This document shows, in pieces, positions 44,465 to 55,477 of a stretch of DNA of 64,000 nucleotides. The number at the start of each line of letters is the position of its first letter. The first letter of the stretch is position 1. Under the pieces are notes generated by a model that did no database searches, was not told where the DNA came from, and saw nothing but the letters and a program-made list of their open reading frames with translations. The stretch is taken from NCBI GenBank assembly GCA_034005005.1, contig JAVEVO010000003.1, positions 25,493 to 89,492 on the forward strand, written 5' to 3'. Source of the DNA: Myxococcota bacterium (GTDB taxonomy: Bacteria > Myxococcota_A > JAVEVO01). The position numbers and the translations under genes were made by a program.

Positions 44465-44989
44465 ATGGGCTCGCTCGGAAACCAGTGGGGGTGGCAGCAG
44501 TGGCTGCTCTACGGTGGGCTGCTCGCGGCCGCCCTGCAGGATCTGTCCTGGCGACGGATCCCCAACTGGTTCTCCCTCCCTTTCCTCGCCGTCGGCCTCG
44601 TGGTCCAGGGGCTCACGGGCGGCGGCCGGGGTCTCCTCGTCGGCTTGCTCGGGGCCGCGGTCGGTCTGCTGCTGCTCTTGTTGCCCTTTTCCCTCCGGCT
44701 GCTCCGGGGAGGTGACGTGAAGCTGCTGGCCGCGATGGGGGCCTGGCTCGGCCCGCTGCCCGTCCTGGTGGCCACCCTGGTCGGGGCCGTCCTCGCCGGA
44801 GTGCTCGTCGCCGGGCTGCTGGTGGGCCGGCCGGCCTTGCGCCGGGAGGTCGTCGCCAACCTCCGGGGGCTCGTGCTGGGGCTCGGTCTGCCCCGGCCAC
44901 CCGTGCGCCCACCCCACCTCGCGGTCCCCCTGGGGACGGCCCTGGCTGCCGGTGGGGTGCTGACCCACCTCTTCGGCTGGGGGAGCTGA
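44465..44989 (+). CDS. cpaA: prepilin peptidase CpaA/TadV (A24 family)
   Basis: Polytopic membrane protein with DLSWRRIPN and GGDVKLLAAMGAWLG motifs. Lies directly downstream of flp. Confidence 0.75.
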   Translation: MGSLGNQWGWQQWLLYGGLLAAALQDLSWRRIPNWFSLPFLAVGLVVQGLTGGGRGLLVGLLGAAVGLLLLLLPFSLRLLRGGDVKLLAAMGAWLGPLPVLVATLVGAVLAGVLVAGLLVGRPALRREVVANLRGLVLGLGLPRPPVRPPHLAVPLGTALAAGGVLTHLFGWGS

Positions 44990-45447
44990 TGCCTCTGCCC
45001 GACACCCAAGGAGTCCCGCCGGTCCGGCGCTGGCGCTGGCCGTTGCGTGCCCGGACGCGGGGCGGGGCCGCGCTCGAGTTCATGCTCGTCTTGCCCATCG
45101 TCCTGCTGGTGCTGGTGGGGATGCTCGCCCTGAGCAACTTCCTCTCCACCCGCTACTTCCTCACCGCCAGCGCGATCCACGCCGCCCGGGTCTGCACCGT
45201 CGCCCGGATGACCAACCGGCCCTGCGCCGAGGCGGCCGTCAACCAGTACCTGCAGGGCCCGATCCGCAACCGCTGCGCGGCCCTGACGACGACCGCCGCG
45301 GTCACCCGCCTGCCCGGTACTTCGGTTGACGTCTTCGCGGTGAACGTGCAATGTACCTACAGCGTGGACATGGGCGGCACGCTCCTGACGAACCAGGGCA
45401 TCCAGCTCACGACCCTGCAGGGCAAGGGGAGTATGCCCGTCCAGTAG
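44989..45447 (+). CDS. tadE: TadE-like pilus assembly protein
   Basis: ATG overlaps the cpaA stop (TGATG). TadE-like N-terminal motif GGAALEFMLVLPIVLLVLVGM. Confidence 0.65.
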   Translation: MPLPDTQGVPPVRRWRWPLRARTRGGAALEFMLVLPIVLLVLVGMLALSNFLSTRYFLTASAIHAARVCTVARMTNRPCAEAAVNQYLQGPIRNRCAALTTTAAVTRLPGTSVDVFAVNVQCTYSVDMGGTLLTNQGIQLTTLQGKGSMPVQ

Positions 45448-45541
45448 GCCCCCGGCACGGTGATCCTCTGCGAGCTGTTCGGGCGCGATCCCCGTTCGTG
45501 TCGGTGATGAATGACGATATCCGTGGTGAGGTGAGATCGTC

Positions 45542-46426
45542 GTGGCGCAAGAAAAGGGTTCTTCCGGCATCGGAGTCCTCGTCTTCACGATCCTGGCTCT
45601 GCTGTTCACCGGTATTACCGCATGGCTGCTCGCCATGATGCTATCCGGGACCCAATACACCAAAGAACCGGTCAAGAATGTGGTCGTCGCCAAGGTGAAC
45701 ATCAGTCCGCTCACGCCGATCACCGAAGAAAACCTCAAGATCGTCAAGATGCCCGAGTCCTCCGTCCCGGCCAATCACTTCACCGACATCAAGGAGCTGG
45801 CGGTGGATCCCCCCTTCCTGCCGGCGGTCCAGCTCTACCCGGGCGAGGTGATCCTCCGGGAGAAGCTCGCGGATCCGAAGAGCGGGCGCGGGCTCTCCGT
45901 GCTGATCCCGCCGGGGATGCGGGCGATGGTCGTCCGGCTGGAGGACGCCGCGGTGCAGGCGCGGCTGTTCTACCCCGAGGCGACGGTGGACGTCATCGCC
46001 ACCGTCCGGCTGATCAAGGAGAGCACCGTGGTCAGCAAGATCATCGTCCAGAACGTGAGGGTGCTCGCCGTGGGGACCACGGTCGATCCCTCGCGCATGG
46101 CCGAGCCCGCGGGCGCCTCCGGTGGGCTCGGGAACAAGACCGAGGAGAAGGACTCCGTGGTCACCCTGCTGGTCACGCCCTTGCAGGCCGAGCAGTTGAT
46201 GCTCGCCCAGCGCGAGGGCAAGCTGGACCTGGTGCTGCGCAACCAGCAGGACGTCGAGGCGACCTCCTCCATGGGCGCCGAGCCCGAGGACCTCTTCCCC
46301 GAGCTCACCACCGGGGAGACCGAGGACAAGGACCGCGAGCGTCGGGAATCGGTCCAGCGCATCCTCAGCTCGCCGCGCTTCAAGAGAGACGGTGCGCCCG
46401 CGGGCGGCGGGATCCAGATCCAATGA
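45542..46426 (+). CDS. cpaB: Flp pilus assembly protein CpaB/RcpC
   Basis: GTG start. N-terminal TM helix, then a SAF/BON-like region (VVVAKVNISPLTPITEENLKIVKMP). The C-terminus (VTLLVTPLQAEQLMLAQREGKLDLVLR) is typical of CpaB. Confidence 0.75.
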   Translation: MAQEKGSSGIGVLVFTILALLFTGITAWLLAMMLSGTQYTKEPVKNVVVAKVNISPLTPITEENLKIVKMPESSVPANHFTDIKELAVDPPFLPAVQLYPGEVILREKLADPKSGRGLSVLIPPGMRAMVVRLEDAAVQARLFYPEATVDVIATVRLIKESTVVSKIIVQNVRVLAVGTTVDPSRMAEPAGASGGLGNKTEEKDSVVTLLVTPLQAEQLMLAQREGKLDLVLRNQQDVEATSSMGAEPEDLFPELTTGETEDKDRERRESVQRILSSPRFKRDGAPAGGGIQIQ

Positions 46427-46521
46427 CCGCCCCTGGCCTCCGGAGCCCCGAGGCGCCTCGGGTGCCTCGCTCCGTCCACGGCTCGCCGGCGCGGGCGAGC
46501 AGACCGTCGAGAGAGGGAGTC

Positions 46522-47934
46522 ATGAAGAAGCTGGGCTGTCGGGCGGTGCTGGCGCTGGTCCTCCTGCTGGGGCTCGCTGGCTCCCCGCCGGGCTGGGCGG
46601 CCGAGGGGGTCGTCCAGGTGCCCCTCGGCGGCGTCAAGCAGATCGCCTACCAGGCGCCGATCCTCCGGCTGTCCGTGGGCAACCCCGAGCTGGTCGAGGT
46701 CTCCTCCGTGTCCGGGAGTAGTACTGAAGTCCTGCTCAAGGGGCGGCAGATCGGCTCGACCAGCCTCGCGGTCTGGGGACGCGACGGCGGGCAGGCCTCC
46801 TTCGTCGTGCAGGTGGTCGCGGACGTCGACGCGCTCGGCAGCGCGATCAAGGACCTCTTCCCGGGGGAGCAGGTCGCGGTCCAGGTCGCGGGCGAGACGC
46901 TCCTGTTGAAGGGCACCGTCTCGGGGCCCGAGGCCTTGCAGGCCGTCTCCGACTGGGCCGAGGGCTACCGCTCCGGCCTGGGCAAGGAGGGGACCCGCCT
47001 GCGGGTGCTCAACCGCTTGCAGCTCGCGACCCCCCAGCAGGTGCAGCTCGAGGTGCGCTTCGCCGAGGTCTCCCGCACCTCCCTGCGGCGGCTCGGCCTC
47101 TCCCTGCTCGGCCACAAGGACGGCAACACCATGGGCGTCTTCTCCAGCACGGAGGAGTTCGGCATCCGCCCGAGCGGCGCGTTCAACGACACCCTGCCCC
47201 TGCCCGTGCCCTTCACCGAGGCGGCGAAGCTGGTCTTCATCACCAAGCCCGACGCCAGCTTCCCCTTCAGCGCGGTGCTCTCGGCCCTGTCCGCCAACGG
47301 CGTGGCCAAGACCCTGTCCGAGCCGACGCTGGTCGCGCTCTCCGGTCAGCAGGCGAGCCTGCTGGTGGGCGGGGAGCAGCCGTACCTCGTGCCCCTCGGC
47401 TCCCAGGGGCAGTACACGATGGAGTGGAAGACGTACGGCATCCAGCTCGACTTCCTGCCCATGGTGCTCGCGGACCAGACCATCCAGCTCAAGGTCAACA
47501 GCGTCGTCTCGGACCTCGACAAGTCCAACGCGATCAACCTGGCCGGGGTCGCGGTCGCGCCCCTGACCACCCGCTCCAGCAGCACCACGGTGCGGCTGCG
47601 CTCGGGGCAGGGCTTCGCGATCGCCGGCATGCTCTCCGACCGCCTGCGCAGCACCGTCGCCAAGGTGCCCCTGCTCGGCGACATCCCGATCATCGGGATG
47701 CTCTTCCGCACCACCCAGTCCCAGCGCGAGGAGACCGAGCTGGTGGTCGTCGTCACCGCCCGCCTGGTCCAGCCCGTGGACGGTGGCGAGCTCGGTCCCT
47801 TGCCCGGCGAGAGCGACCTGGCCGACCCCAACGGGGTGCAGCTCTTCCTCATGGGCTGGGGCGAGGTCGAGCCGAAGAAGGCGACCAGCGGGACCGGGCG
47901 TGGCCGGCCGGCTGGCCGGGGCGGCTATCGGTAA
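46522..47934 (+). CDS. cpaC: Flp pilus secretin CpaC/RcpA
   Basis: ATG 46522 after GAGAGGGAG. Signal peptide. The secretin C-terminal domain (LSEPTLVALSGQQASLLVGGEQPY, VPLLGDIPIIGMLFR) matches. The 45622.. track ORF is a read-through. Confidence 0.85.
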   Translation: MKKLGCRAVLALVLLLGLAGSPPGWAAEGVVQVPLGGVKQIAYQAPILRLSVGNPELVEVSSVSGSSTEVLLKGRQIGSTSLAVWGRDGGQASFVVQVVADVDALGSAIKDLFPGEQVAVQVAGETLLLKGTVSGPEALQAVSDWAEGYRSGLGKEGTRLRVLNRLQLATPQQVQLEVRFAEVSRTSLRRLGLSLLGHKDGNTMGVFSSTEEFGIRPSGAFNDTLPLPVPFTEAAKLVFITKPDASFPFSAVLSALSANGVAKTLSEPTLVALSGQQASLLVGGEQPYLVPLGSQGQYTMEWKTYGIQLDFLPMVLADQTIQLKVNSVVSDLDKSNAINLAGVAVAPLTTRSSSTTVRLRSGQGFAIAGMLSDRLRSTVAKVPLLGDIPIIGMLFRTTQSQREETELVVVVTARLVQPVDGGELGPLPGESDLADPNGVQLFLMGWGEVEPKKATSGTGRGRPAGRGGYR

Positions 47935-47940
47935 GACGGG

Positions 47941-49194
47941 GTGACGCTCGCCGGGGCTGCCCCGGGAGCCAGGGAGGTCGAGACGGTGACCGGAAGGGGA
48001 CCGCAACGAGACGGAGGGCCGGTCTTCACGGGCAGCCCTCTCGCCCCGCCGCCGGACAGCTACCAGGACCCGCGAGATCACTCGCAGTTCCACACCATCA
48101 TCCGCCGGATCACCGGCGAGGAGAGCTACGAGGGCCCCAAGCCACCCTTGCCGCCCGGACCCCGTCCGCCCTCGCCGAAGGTCCACGTCGGCGGGGGGCC
48201 CGCGCCCCCGGCGCCGCCCTCCTTCCCGGCCCCGGGCTTCGCGCCACCGCCGCCGCCGGTGAACGTCCCGGCGCCGCCGGGGTTCTCTAGTCCTTTCGTC
48301 TCGGCGCCGGCCATGGGCGTCCCAGCCGCCGGCGTCTCCCCCTTCATCGAGCAGCCGGCCGAGCCGGCCGCCCCCGCCGCGGCCGCCCCCGAGGCGGCAC
48401 GCCACGGTCGCCTGGTGGCCCTGTTCGGCTGCAAGGGCGGCGTCGGCAACACCTTCGTCGCGATCAACCTCGCGGCCGCGCTCGCCCGCACCGCCAACGT
48501 CTGCCTGGTCGACATGGACCTGCAGATGGGCGACATCCTCACGAGCCTGAACCTCGAGGGGCGCTGCGCGGTCTCCCACCTGATCCGGGAGGTGCGCACC
48601 GGCGGCGAGACCTTCAATCCCCGCACCGTGCTCGACCGTCACGAGGGGAGCGGCGTCTACGTCCTGTCCCAGGTGCACTGCCTCGAGGAGCTCGACCTGC
48701 TCAAGCCGAGCGAGCTGGTCAACCTGTTCGGCTTCCTCAAGACCCGCTTCCCCTACACGATCATCGACGGGCTGCGCGGCTTCGACGACAACTCCATGGT
48801 CCTGCTCGACGCGGCGGACATCATCTTGCTGGTCGTCAGCCAGGACGTGCCCTCCGTGCGGGCCGCGAGCCGGAGCATGGAGATCTTCCGGCGCATCGGC
48901 TACGACCCGGACAAGGTGCGCATCGTCGTCAATCGATACTACAAAAAGGCTCTGGTCACGCCGAGTTACATCGGTATGTCCCTGAAGACGCCCCACGTCG
49001 AGCTGGTCCGGCGCGACTTCCCCCTCGCGCTCAAGTCGCTCAACGAGGGGATCCCCCTGCACCTGATGGCGCCGCAGAGCAAGATCGCCCTCGATATCGA
49101 CAAGCTCGCCGACGCCTTGCGGGATCGGGACGGCCGGGCCGCGGCAGCCGAGCAGCCGGGCGGCCTGCTGCAGAAGCTCAGGTTCTGGAAGTAG
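47941..49194 (+). CDS. cpaE: CpaE/TadZ-like pilus assembly ATPase (MinD/ParA family) with Pro-rich N-terminus
   Basis: Deviant Walker A (LFGCKGGVGNTFVAINLAAAL) and MinD-like body. GTG start. Confidence 0.75.
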   Translation: MTLAGAAPGAREVETVTGRGPQRDGGPVFTGSPLAPPPDSYQDPRDHSQFHTIIRRITGEESYEGPKPPLPPGPRPPSPKVHVGGGPAPPAPPSFPAPGFAPPPPPVNVPAPPGFSSPFVSAPAMGVPAAGVSPFIEQPAEPAAPAAAAPEAARHGRLVALFGCKGGVGNTFVAINLAAALARTANVCLVDMDLQMGDILTSLNLEGRCAVSHLIREVRTGGETFNPRTVLDRHEGSGVYVLSQVHCLEELDLLKPSELVNLFGFLKTRFPYTIIDGLRGFDDNSMVLLDAADIILLVVSQDVPSVRAASRSMEIFRRIGYDPDKVRIVVNRYYKKALVTPSYIGMSLKTPHVELVRRDFPLALKSLNEGIPLHLMAPQSKIALDIDKLADALRDRDGRAAAAEQPGGLLQKLRFWK

Positions 49195-49196
49195 CC

Positions 49197-50504
49197 ATGA
49201 AGTTCACCGAGCGATACCAGCAAGGGGTCGAGAGCGGCGCTGGCGTCAAGGGCGGGCGCTCCCTCGAGGACATCAAGCGCGACCTGCACGGCAAGGTCAT
49301 CGACCGGATCGACGTCTCGGCGATCCAGAACATGAGCCGCGAGCAGCTCCGCACCCAGTTGCGCGGCGTCGTCGAGCAGCTCGTGGCCATGGAGCAGCTC
49401 CCGCTGAACCAGGCCGAGAAAGAGAAGATCGTCGTCTCCCTGCTCGACGACATCCTCGGGCTGGGGCCCCTGGAGATCCTGCTCGCCGATCCCGACGTCA
49501 GCGACGTGCTGGTCAACAACCACAAGTCGGTCTACGTCGAGAAGAAGGGGCGGCTGCAGCTCACCAGCGTGCGGTTCCGCGACGACCGCCAGCTCCTCAA
49601 CGTCATCAACCGCATCGTCAGCCGGATCGGCCGCCGCATCGACGAGTCCTCGCCCATGGTCGACGCACGGCTGCCCGACGGCTCCCGGGTCAACGCGATC
49701 ATCCCGCCCCTGGCCATCGACGGCCCGGTCCTCTCCATCCGCCGGTTCGGCTCCAACCCCTTGCGCCACGACGACCTCGTCCGCAACGGCAGCATCTCGC
49801 CGGCCATGATCAGCTACCTCCACGCCGCGGTGGCGGCGAAGAGCAACGTGCTGATCTCGGGGGGGACCGGGTCGGGCAAGACGACCCTGCTGAACATCCT
49901 CGCGAGCTTCATCCCGGTCGAGGAGCGGATCGTCACCATCGAGGACTCCGCCGAGCTGAAGCTGCAGCAGGAGCACGTCGTCCGGCTCGAGTCGCGGCCG
50001 CCCAACATCGAGGGGCGGGGCGCGGTGACGATCCACGACCTGGTGAAGAACTCCCTGCGGATGCGGCCCGACCGCATCGTCGTCGGCGAGATCCGGAGCG
50101 TCGAGGTGCTCGACATGCTCCAGGCCATGAACACCGGCCACGAGGGGTCCATGGCGACGATCCACGCCAACTCCTCGGCCGATGCCATGTCCCGGCTGAT
50201 GACGATGATCGCCATGGCCGGCACCAAGCTCTCCGAGGAGAGCATGGTCCAGATCATCGGCCGGGCCATCCACCTGGTGGTCCAGCTCAACCGGATGACC
50301 GACGGCGGCCGGCGGGTGGTCAGCATCTCCGAGGTCCTCGGCTTCGAGGGAGCCACGGTCCACACCCAGGACGTCTTCCTCTTCGAGCAGACCGGCTTCG
50401 ATCCCCAGGGGCGGATCCTCGGGGCGTACGTCAACCGGATCCCGTCGGCCATGGGGGCCCGGTTCCGCAAGTTCGGCGTCAACCCCGGGATCCCGGTGAG
50501 GTAG
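49197..50504 (+). CDS. cpaF: CpaF/TadA type IV pilus assembly ATPase
   Basis: Walker A ([14 protein letters not shown]), [10 protein letters not shown] and His box ([13 protein letters not shown]). Confidence 0.9.
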   Translation: MKFTERYQQGVESGAGVKGGRSLEDIKRDLHGKVIDRIDVSAIQNMSREQLRTQLRGVVEQLVAMEQLPLNQAEKEKIVVSLLDDILGLGPLEILLADPDVSDVLVNNHKSVYVEKKGRLQLTSVRFRDDRQLLNVINRIVSRIGRRIDESSPMVDARLPDGSRVNAIIPPLAIDGPVLSIRRFGSNPLRHDDLVRNGSISPAMISYLHAAVAAKSNVLISGGTGSGKTTLLNILASFIPVEERIVTIEDSAELKLQQEHVVRLESRPPNIEGRGAVTIHDLVKNSLRMRPDRIVVGEIRSVEVLDMLQAMNTGHEGSMATIHANSSADAMSRLMTMIAMAGTKLSEESMVQIIGRAIHLVVQLNRMTDGGRRVVSISEVLGFEGATVHTQDVFLFEQTGFDPQGRILGAYVNRIPSAMGARFRKFGVNPGIPVR

Positions 50505-50508
50505 CGCC

Positions 50509-51468
50509 ATGGCTCCCTGGTTCATCCTCGCGGCGAGCCTCACCTGCTTCTTCGTCCTGATGACGGGGTATCTGCTCTGGCGACGGCGCAAGCTGAGGCT
50601 GGAGCACCTCGTCCGGGAGCGGCTGGCCATCGAGCGCTCCCACCCCGGGGCGGGAGCCGGCACTCTGATGCAGGAGGACCGTCGGCGCATCGCGGTCATC
50701 GACCGCCTGCTCCAGGAGACGGGCACCCAGCAGCGGCTGCAGGACCTCCTCGACCAGGCGGGCGAGCCGACCTCCCCGGGCAGCTTCGTGCTGCGCTCCT
50801 TGCTCTGGGGCCTGGGACCGGCCCTGGTCCTCGGCACCTTGACCCTCAGCCCGGGGGTCGCCCTGCTCTGCTGCCTCGGCGGGCTGCTCCCCCTCGTCCT
50901 GCTCCTGCAGCGGCGCGGCAAGCGGATGCAGAAGATCGACGCGCAGCTCCCCGTGGCCCTCGAGATCATGACCATCTCCCTGCGGGCCGGCCACTCCCTG
51001 GCGCAGACCATCGAGCTGTCGGCCAACGAGCTGCAGGCTCCCCTCGGCGACGAGCTGCGTCGCGCCGCGGAGGAGCACCGCCTGGGCCGCTCCCTGGAAG
51101 AGGTCCTGGTGAGCATGAGCCGCCGGCTCCCCGGCTGTCGGGCCCTGCGGACCTTCGTCGTCGCGGTGCTGGTGCTGCAGCAGACGGGCGGCAACCTCAT
51201 CGAGATCATCGAGAAGATCATCGAGACCTTGCGGATGCAGACCCAGTACGAGCGCAAGCTCGGCGCGATGACCGCCGAGGGCAAGAGCTCGGCGCGCATG
51301 CTCTCCGGGCTGCCCCTGGCCTTCATCGCCCTGGCGTATCTGGCCGATCCGGGCTACATCGGGATGCTCTTCACCGACCCCATCGGCCAGAAGCTGCTCA
51401 TCGTCAGCGTCACCCTCTGGTGCGTCGGGATCCTCTGGACCCGCAAGCTGATCAGCCCGGCCTCGTAG
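50509..51468 (+). CDS. tadB: TadB (T2SS-F-like inner membrane platform protein)
   Basis: GspF-like domain with TM segments. Sits in the tadB position after cpaF. Confidence 0.75.
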   Translation: MAPWFILAASLTCFFVLMTGYLLWRRRKLRLEHLVRERLAIERSHPGAGAGTLMQEDRRRIAVIDRLLQETGTQQRLQDLLDQAGEPTSPGSFVLRSLLWGLGPALVLGTLTLSPGVALLCCLGGLLPLVLLLQRRGKRMQKIDAQLPVALEIMTISLRAGHSLAQTIELSANELQAPLGDELRRAAEEHRLGRSLEEVLVSMSRRLPGCRALRTFVVAVLVLQQTGGNLIEIIEKIIETLRMQTQYERKLGAMTAEGKSSARMLSGLPLAFIALAYLADPGYIGMLFTDPIGQKLLIVSVTLWCVGILWTRKLISPAS

Positions 51469-51483
51469 CAGGAGGAGGACTCG

Positions 51484-52398
51484 GTGCTCGCGACCTTGCT
51501 GCCCGTGCTGTTGCTCTTCTCCGGGCTCCTGACCGCCGCCGCGGTGGTCTTCGCGGTCCGGGGCTTCTTCCGCCTCCGCGCGCAGCGTCGGCCCGCCCCC
51601 GCCCCCCTGCCGGCCGACCTCGGCGGCTTCGAGGGTGCGGGCGCCCCGTCCTCCGCGCTCGCCCGGCGGCTGTTGCCCCTGGCCCGGCGCCTGCGCCCCC
51701 AGAACGAGGCCGAGCTGGCCGGGCTCCGGTTGAAGCTCGCCCAGGCCGGCCTGGCCGCGCAGGGCGCGGTCGATCAGTTCGTGCTCATCCAGTTGCTCTC
51801 CCTGTTCGCCGCCGGCCTGCTCGCCGTGCCCTGGTTCCTGATCGGCGAGCCGGGCCTGCTGCTCATCGGGCTGGCCGCCTGCGCCGCGGTTGGCTTCCTG
51901 CTGCCCCGGTTCTGGCTGTCCTTGCGCATCTCCAGCCGCCGGGAGCAGATCGGCGGCTCCCTCGCCTCGACCCTCGACCTGCTGGTGACCTGCATGGAGG
52001 CCGGGCTCGGGCTGGAGCAGGCCCTCGACCGGGTGGCCACGGAGCTGCAGCTCTCCGAGCGGGCGATGGCCGAGGAGCTCTTGCTGACCATCAACGAGAT
52101 GCGGGCCGGCATCCCCACGGCCGAGGCGTTCCGCAAGCTCTCCGCCCGGGTCGGGCTGGAAGAGATGCACATGCTCTGCTCGGTGATCATCCAGTCCTCG
52201 ACCCTCGGCGCGAGCATCGGCCAGATGCTGCGGCAGTACGCGGCGTCCTGGCGCCAGCAGCGGATGATGGACCTCGAGGAGAAGGCCGGGAAGATGACCG
52301 CCGCGCTCACCCTGCCCCTGACCCTCTGCCTGCTCCCCTCGGCGATCCTGGCGATGCTCGGGCCGGCGGTCATCGTCGTCATGCAGAACCTGGGCTAG
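51484..52398 (+). CDS. tadC: TadC (T2SS-F-like inner membrane platform protein)
   Basis: Second GspF-like paralogue, with a GTG start. Confidence 0.7.
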   Translation: MLATLLPVLLLFSGLLTAAAVVFAVRGFFRLRAQRRPAPAPLPADLGGFEGAGAPSSALARRLLPLARRLRPQNEAELAGLRLKLAQAGLAAQGAVDQFVLIQLLSLFAAGLLAVPWFLIGEPGLLLIGLAACAAVGFLLPRFWLSLRISSRREQIGGSLASTLDLLVTCMEAGLGLEQALDRVATELQLSERAMAEELLLTINEMRAGIPTAEAFRKLSARVGLEEMHMLCSVIIQSSTLGASIGQMLRQYAASWRQQRMMDLEEKAGKMTAALTLPLTLCLLPSAILAMLGPAVIVVMQNLG

Positions 52399-53283
52399 GT
52401 GCAGACCCTGGGGCCGAACCTGCCGCGGTGGCTGCTCGGGCTCGGCCTGCTGGTCGCGAGCTGCGCGCCGCTCGATCCGGCCCAGCGCGCGGACGGCCTG
52501 CCCCCGGAGACGGAGCCCAACAGCGTCCGGCTCGAGCTGGCGCACCACATGATCCAGGCGGGCAGCTACGACAACGCGGTCCCCCTGCTGCAGCGCGTCC
52601 TCCTCGACGAGCCGGGCAGCGCCCTGGCGCACTATTACCTCGGTTGCATCCTCGCGGCCCGGGATCAGCTCGCCGCGGCCGAGCAGGAGCTGACCGTCGC
52701 GCTCGGCCTGCGCGCCGACCTCGCGCCGGCCATGGACCGGCTCGCCACGGTGCTCGGCCGGGCCGGGCGGTACCCCGAGGCCCTGGACTGGCACCACCGG
52801 GCCGTCGCGGCGCAGCCGGGCAGCGCCGCGTTCCAGAACAACCTGGCGTACACGCTGCTGCTCGCCGGACGGGGCGACGAGGCCGTCCTGGCGTTCCAGC
52901 GAGCGGTGATCCTCGATCCGGCCGACAAGTCGACCTACAATAACCTCGGGTTCGCGCTCGGCCGGCTGGGCCGGTACGCGGAGGCCCGGCGGGCGTTCGT
53001 GCAGGCCGGGGGGGAGCCCCTGGCCCTGGTGAACCTGGGCGTCGTCTACGAGCACGCGGGCCGGGACGACGAGGCCCGCCAGAGCTACCAGGAGGCCCTG
53101 CAGCTCGCCCCGGGGCTCTCCCTGGCGCAGCGCAACCTGCGGGCCCTGGACGAGCGGCTCGGGGCCGCGGCACCCGCCAAGGAGCCGCCCCGCGCCCCGG
53201 CCACCACCGCCGAGCCGCCCGCCGTGCCGGCGAGCACGGATGTCGCGGGGGAGAGGCCCGCACCAGCGAAGGAGTCGCCATGA
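52399..53283 (+). CDS. tadD: TPR-repeat lipoprotein, TadD-like
   Basis: Lipobox LLVASC. TPR units. Sits in the tadD position. Confidence 0.6.
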   Translation: MQTLGPNLPRWLLGLGLLVASCAPLDPAQRADGLPPETEPNSVRLELAHHMIQAGSYDNAVPLLQRVLLDEPGSALAHYYLGCILAARDQLAAAEQELTVALGLRADLAPAMDRLATVLGRAGRYPEALDWHHRAVAAQPGSAAFQNNLAYTLLLAGRGDEAVLAFQRAVILDPADKSTYNNLGFALGRLGRYAEARRAFVQAGGEPLALVNLGVVYEHAGRDDEARQSYQEALQLAPGLSLAQRNLRALDERLGAAAPAKEPPRAPATTAEPPAVPASTDVAGERPAPAKESP

Positions 53284-53621
53284 GAGACCTCGGCCTGTTG
53301 ATCCTCGTCCCGCTCCTGCTGCTGCTCGGGGGCTGCACGCCGCGCGCCCACCTCGGCGACTCGGCGGGCAAGTCCCTCAAGGCGATGCAAGAGGTCCAGC
53401 GGGCGTCCCTGGAGCAGGGCAAGGCCCCCGCCCCCCTCGGGAGCCAGGAGGTCCTGCGGATCAACGAGCGTTACCTCACCAGCTTCTCGCCGCCCAGCCA
53501 GGGGGGCGGCAGCACCAGCATCGGCGGGGGCGCGAACCCGGCCTTCGACTTCGCCTCCCTGATGGGCGGCGGCGCGGGCGGGGGCGGGGGCGAGAAGCAG
53601 ATCACCCTGAGCGGCGAGTGA
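53280..53621 (+). CDS. small lipoprotein, hypothetical (Tad-locus associated)
   Basis: ATGA overlap with tadD. Lipobox LLLGGC. Gly-rich C-terminus. Confidence 0.45.
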   Translation: MRDLGLLILVPLLLLLGGCTPRAHLGDSAGKSLKAMQEVQRASLEQGKAPAPLGSQEVLRINERYLTSFSPPSQGGGSTSIGGGANPAFDFASLMGGGAGGGGGEKQITLSGE

Positions 53622-53645
53622 GCGCCGCCTAGGTCGGAGGCGAGC

Positions 53646-54935
53646 ATGGTCGGGACACCGCTCTGGTCCCTTGGTACCAAACGACCGGGCTGGCACCGGC
53701 AGCGAGGCGCGACCTCGATCATCGTCGTCGTCTTCCTCTCCCTGATCATCTCGGCCATGGCGCTGGCCTGGTTCGTGGGCCGGGCCGCGGTGCACAAGCA
53801 CGAGGTGCAGACCGCGGCCGACTCCGTCGCCCAGAGCGCCGCCCTGGTGCTGCAGCGGGACGGCATGGGCTTCGCCAACCGGATCGAGACCTACCGCCCG
53901 GCGTGGGAGGGCAACACCATCAGCCAGCTCCCCACCTTGCCGGCGCTCGACATGCGCTACGACGCGGCCACGAAGCTGCTGAACATCACCGCCACCGTCG
54001 ACCGCCCCCTGCAGGCCCAGGTGCCTGGTCTCGGGCAGCCGCCGGGGCTGCGGGTGCGCGGCGTGTCCCAGGTGCAGGTCCACCAGGAGGAGCTGACCGA
54101 CGTCAACCGCAACATCCCCAAGCTCGTGCTCGTGCTGGACTACTCCGGCTCCATGGACGCCAGCTTCGGGGGCGGGCAGACCCGCCTGCAGGCCCTGCGC
54201 TCGGCGGTCAACACCCTGCTCGACATGAACCTCGAGATCCACTACGGCCTGGTGCTCTACAGCGACGACGTCCTGGGCACGGTGGCGGTCTCCGACAACA
54301 GCGTCGCGGCGATCCGCGGCGCGATCGGTCGCGGCTCCGCCAACATGACCTGCAGCTCCTGCGGCCTGAACCGGGCGGGTGAGCTCTTGCGGGCCACGGA
54401 CGTGAAGGGGCGCCACGTGCTGATCGTCTCCGACGGTCTGCCCAACAACGGCGGCGGCACCGGCGGCATGACCACCGCGGCCGACCGGCTGCGGATGAAC
54501 GACGACACCACCGTGCTCTCCCTGGAGATCAAGTCCACCGGCGCCGGGCTCGAGGCGGTCATGAAGCGGGTCGCCGGTCCCAAGGGCGACCCCGACGGCA
54601 ACGATCCCGGGCACTACTTCGCGGCCAGCAACTCCGCGGCCCTGCGCGACACCTTCCGCGAGATCGTCGCCAACATCCTCTGCACCGCCGGCCCCCTCGC
54701 GCCCGCGCCGGTCCGGCAGCCCGACGGCTCCTATCTCATCTACACCTTCCTGCGGGACGCCGGCGGCGCCGAGTCGCCGGTCCACGACCAGCACGGCGTC
54801 TCCAACCCCCGGGCCGCCTCCTACGACCAGGCGACCCAGATGCTGCGCATCCCCTACGCACCCGACTGCGAGAAGATCCTCGACCGCGCCGCCTCCCTGG
54901 TGGTCCGGTACGATCAGCCCGCCTTCTCCCACTGA
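53646..54935 (+). CDS. tadG: TadG-like pseudopilin/anchor with von Willebrand factor A domain
   Basis: N-terminal TadE/G-like TM motif ([22 protein letters not shown]). vWA MIDAS motif ([12 protein letters not shown] ... SDG). Confidence 0.65.
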   Translation: MVGTPLWSLGTKRPGWHRQRGATSIIVVVFLSLIISAMALAWFVGRAAVHKHEVQTAADSVAQSAALVLQRDGMGFANRIETYRPAWEGNTISQLPTLPALDMRYDAATKLLNITATVDRPLQAQVPGLGQPPGLRVRGVSQVQVHQEELTDVNRNIPKLVLVLDYSGSMDASFGGGQTRLQALRSAVNTLLDMNLEIHYGLVLYSDDVLGTVAVSDNSVAAIRGAIGRGSANMTCSSCGLNRAGELLRATDVKGRHVLIVSDGLPNNGGGTGGMTTAADRLRMNDDTTVLSLEIKSTGAGLEAVMKRVAGPKGDPDGNDPGHYFAASNSAALRDTFREIVANILCTAGPLAPAPVRQPDGSYLIYTFLRDAGGAESPVHDQHGVSNPRAASYDQATQMLRIPYAPDCEKILDRAASLVVRYDQPAFSH

Positions 54936-55060
54936 GCCCGCCCGCGCGGTGGTCGCCCTCCGGGTCGCGGCCGGGCTCGGCGCGCGGTGGGGGCTCGACC
55001 CGCCTCCCCAGACGGCGTAGACTGGAGCCGATCCGGCCACGCGCGCTGCGGGCCGACGAG

Positions 55061-55477
55061 GTGGGCATGGGCTACCGCAACCCCGTCCCGACGGTTGACG
55101 TCATCATCCGCTGTCCCGCAGGGATCGTGCTGATCCGGCGCAAGAACCCCCCGCTGGGCTGGGCCTTGCCCGGTGGCTTCGTCGACTACGGGGAGTCCCT
55201 CGAGGACGCCGCCCGCCGGGAGGCGGCCGAGGAGACCGGGCTGGCGGTGACCCTCCAGGAGCAGCTCCACACCTACTCGGATCCGACCCGTGACCCCCGG
55301 CAGCACACCATCAGCACCGTCTTCCTCGCGATGGCCGCAGGCGAGCCGGTGGGCCAGGACGATGCGGCCGAGGCCCGGGTCTTTCCCCTCGAGGAGCTGC
55401 CGGCCGAGCTCTGCTTCGATCACGGGACGATCCTCGACGACTACCAGCGCTACCTTGCACGCGGAGGGCGACCATGA
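55061..55477 (+). CDS. NUDIX hydrolase
   Basis: Nudix box ([24 protein letters not shown]). Confidence 0.7.
   Translation: MGMGYRNPVPTVDVIIRCPAGIVLIRRKNPPLGWALPGGFVDYGESLEDAARREAAEETGLAVTLQEQLHTYSDPTRDPRQHTISTVFLAMAAGEPVGQDDAAEARVFPLEELPAELCFDHGTILDDYQRYLARGGRP

Noticed and set aside
45970-49062. 1030-aa antisense ORF across cpaC/cpaE
   Set aside because: The sense strand encodes an unmistakable secretin and a MinD-like ATPase.
50479-55040. Antisense ORFs 50479..53055(-) and 53085..55040(-) across tadB-tadG
   Set aside because: Same reasoning: the sense genes have TM and GspF-like or vWA features.
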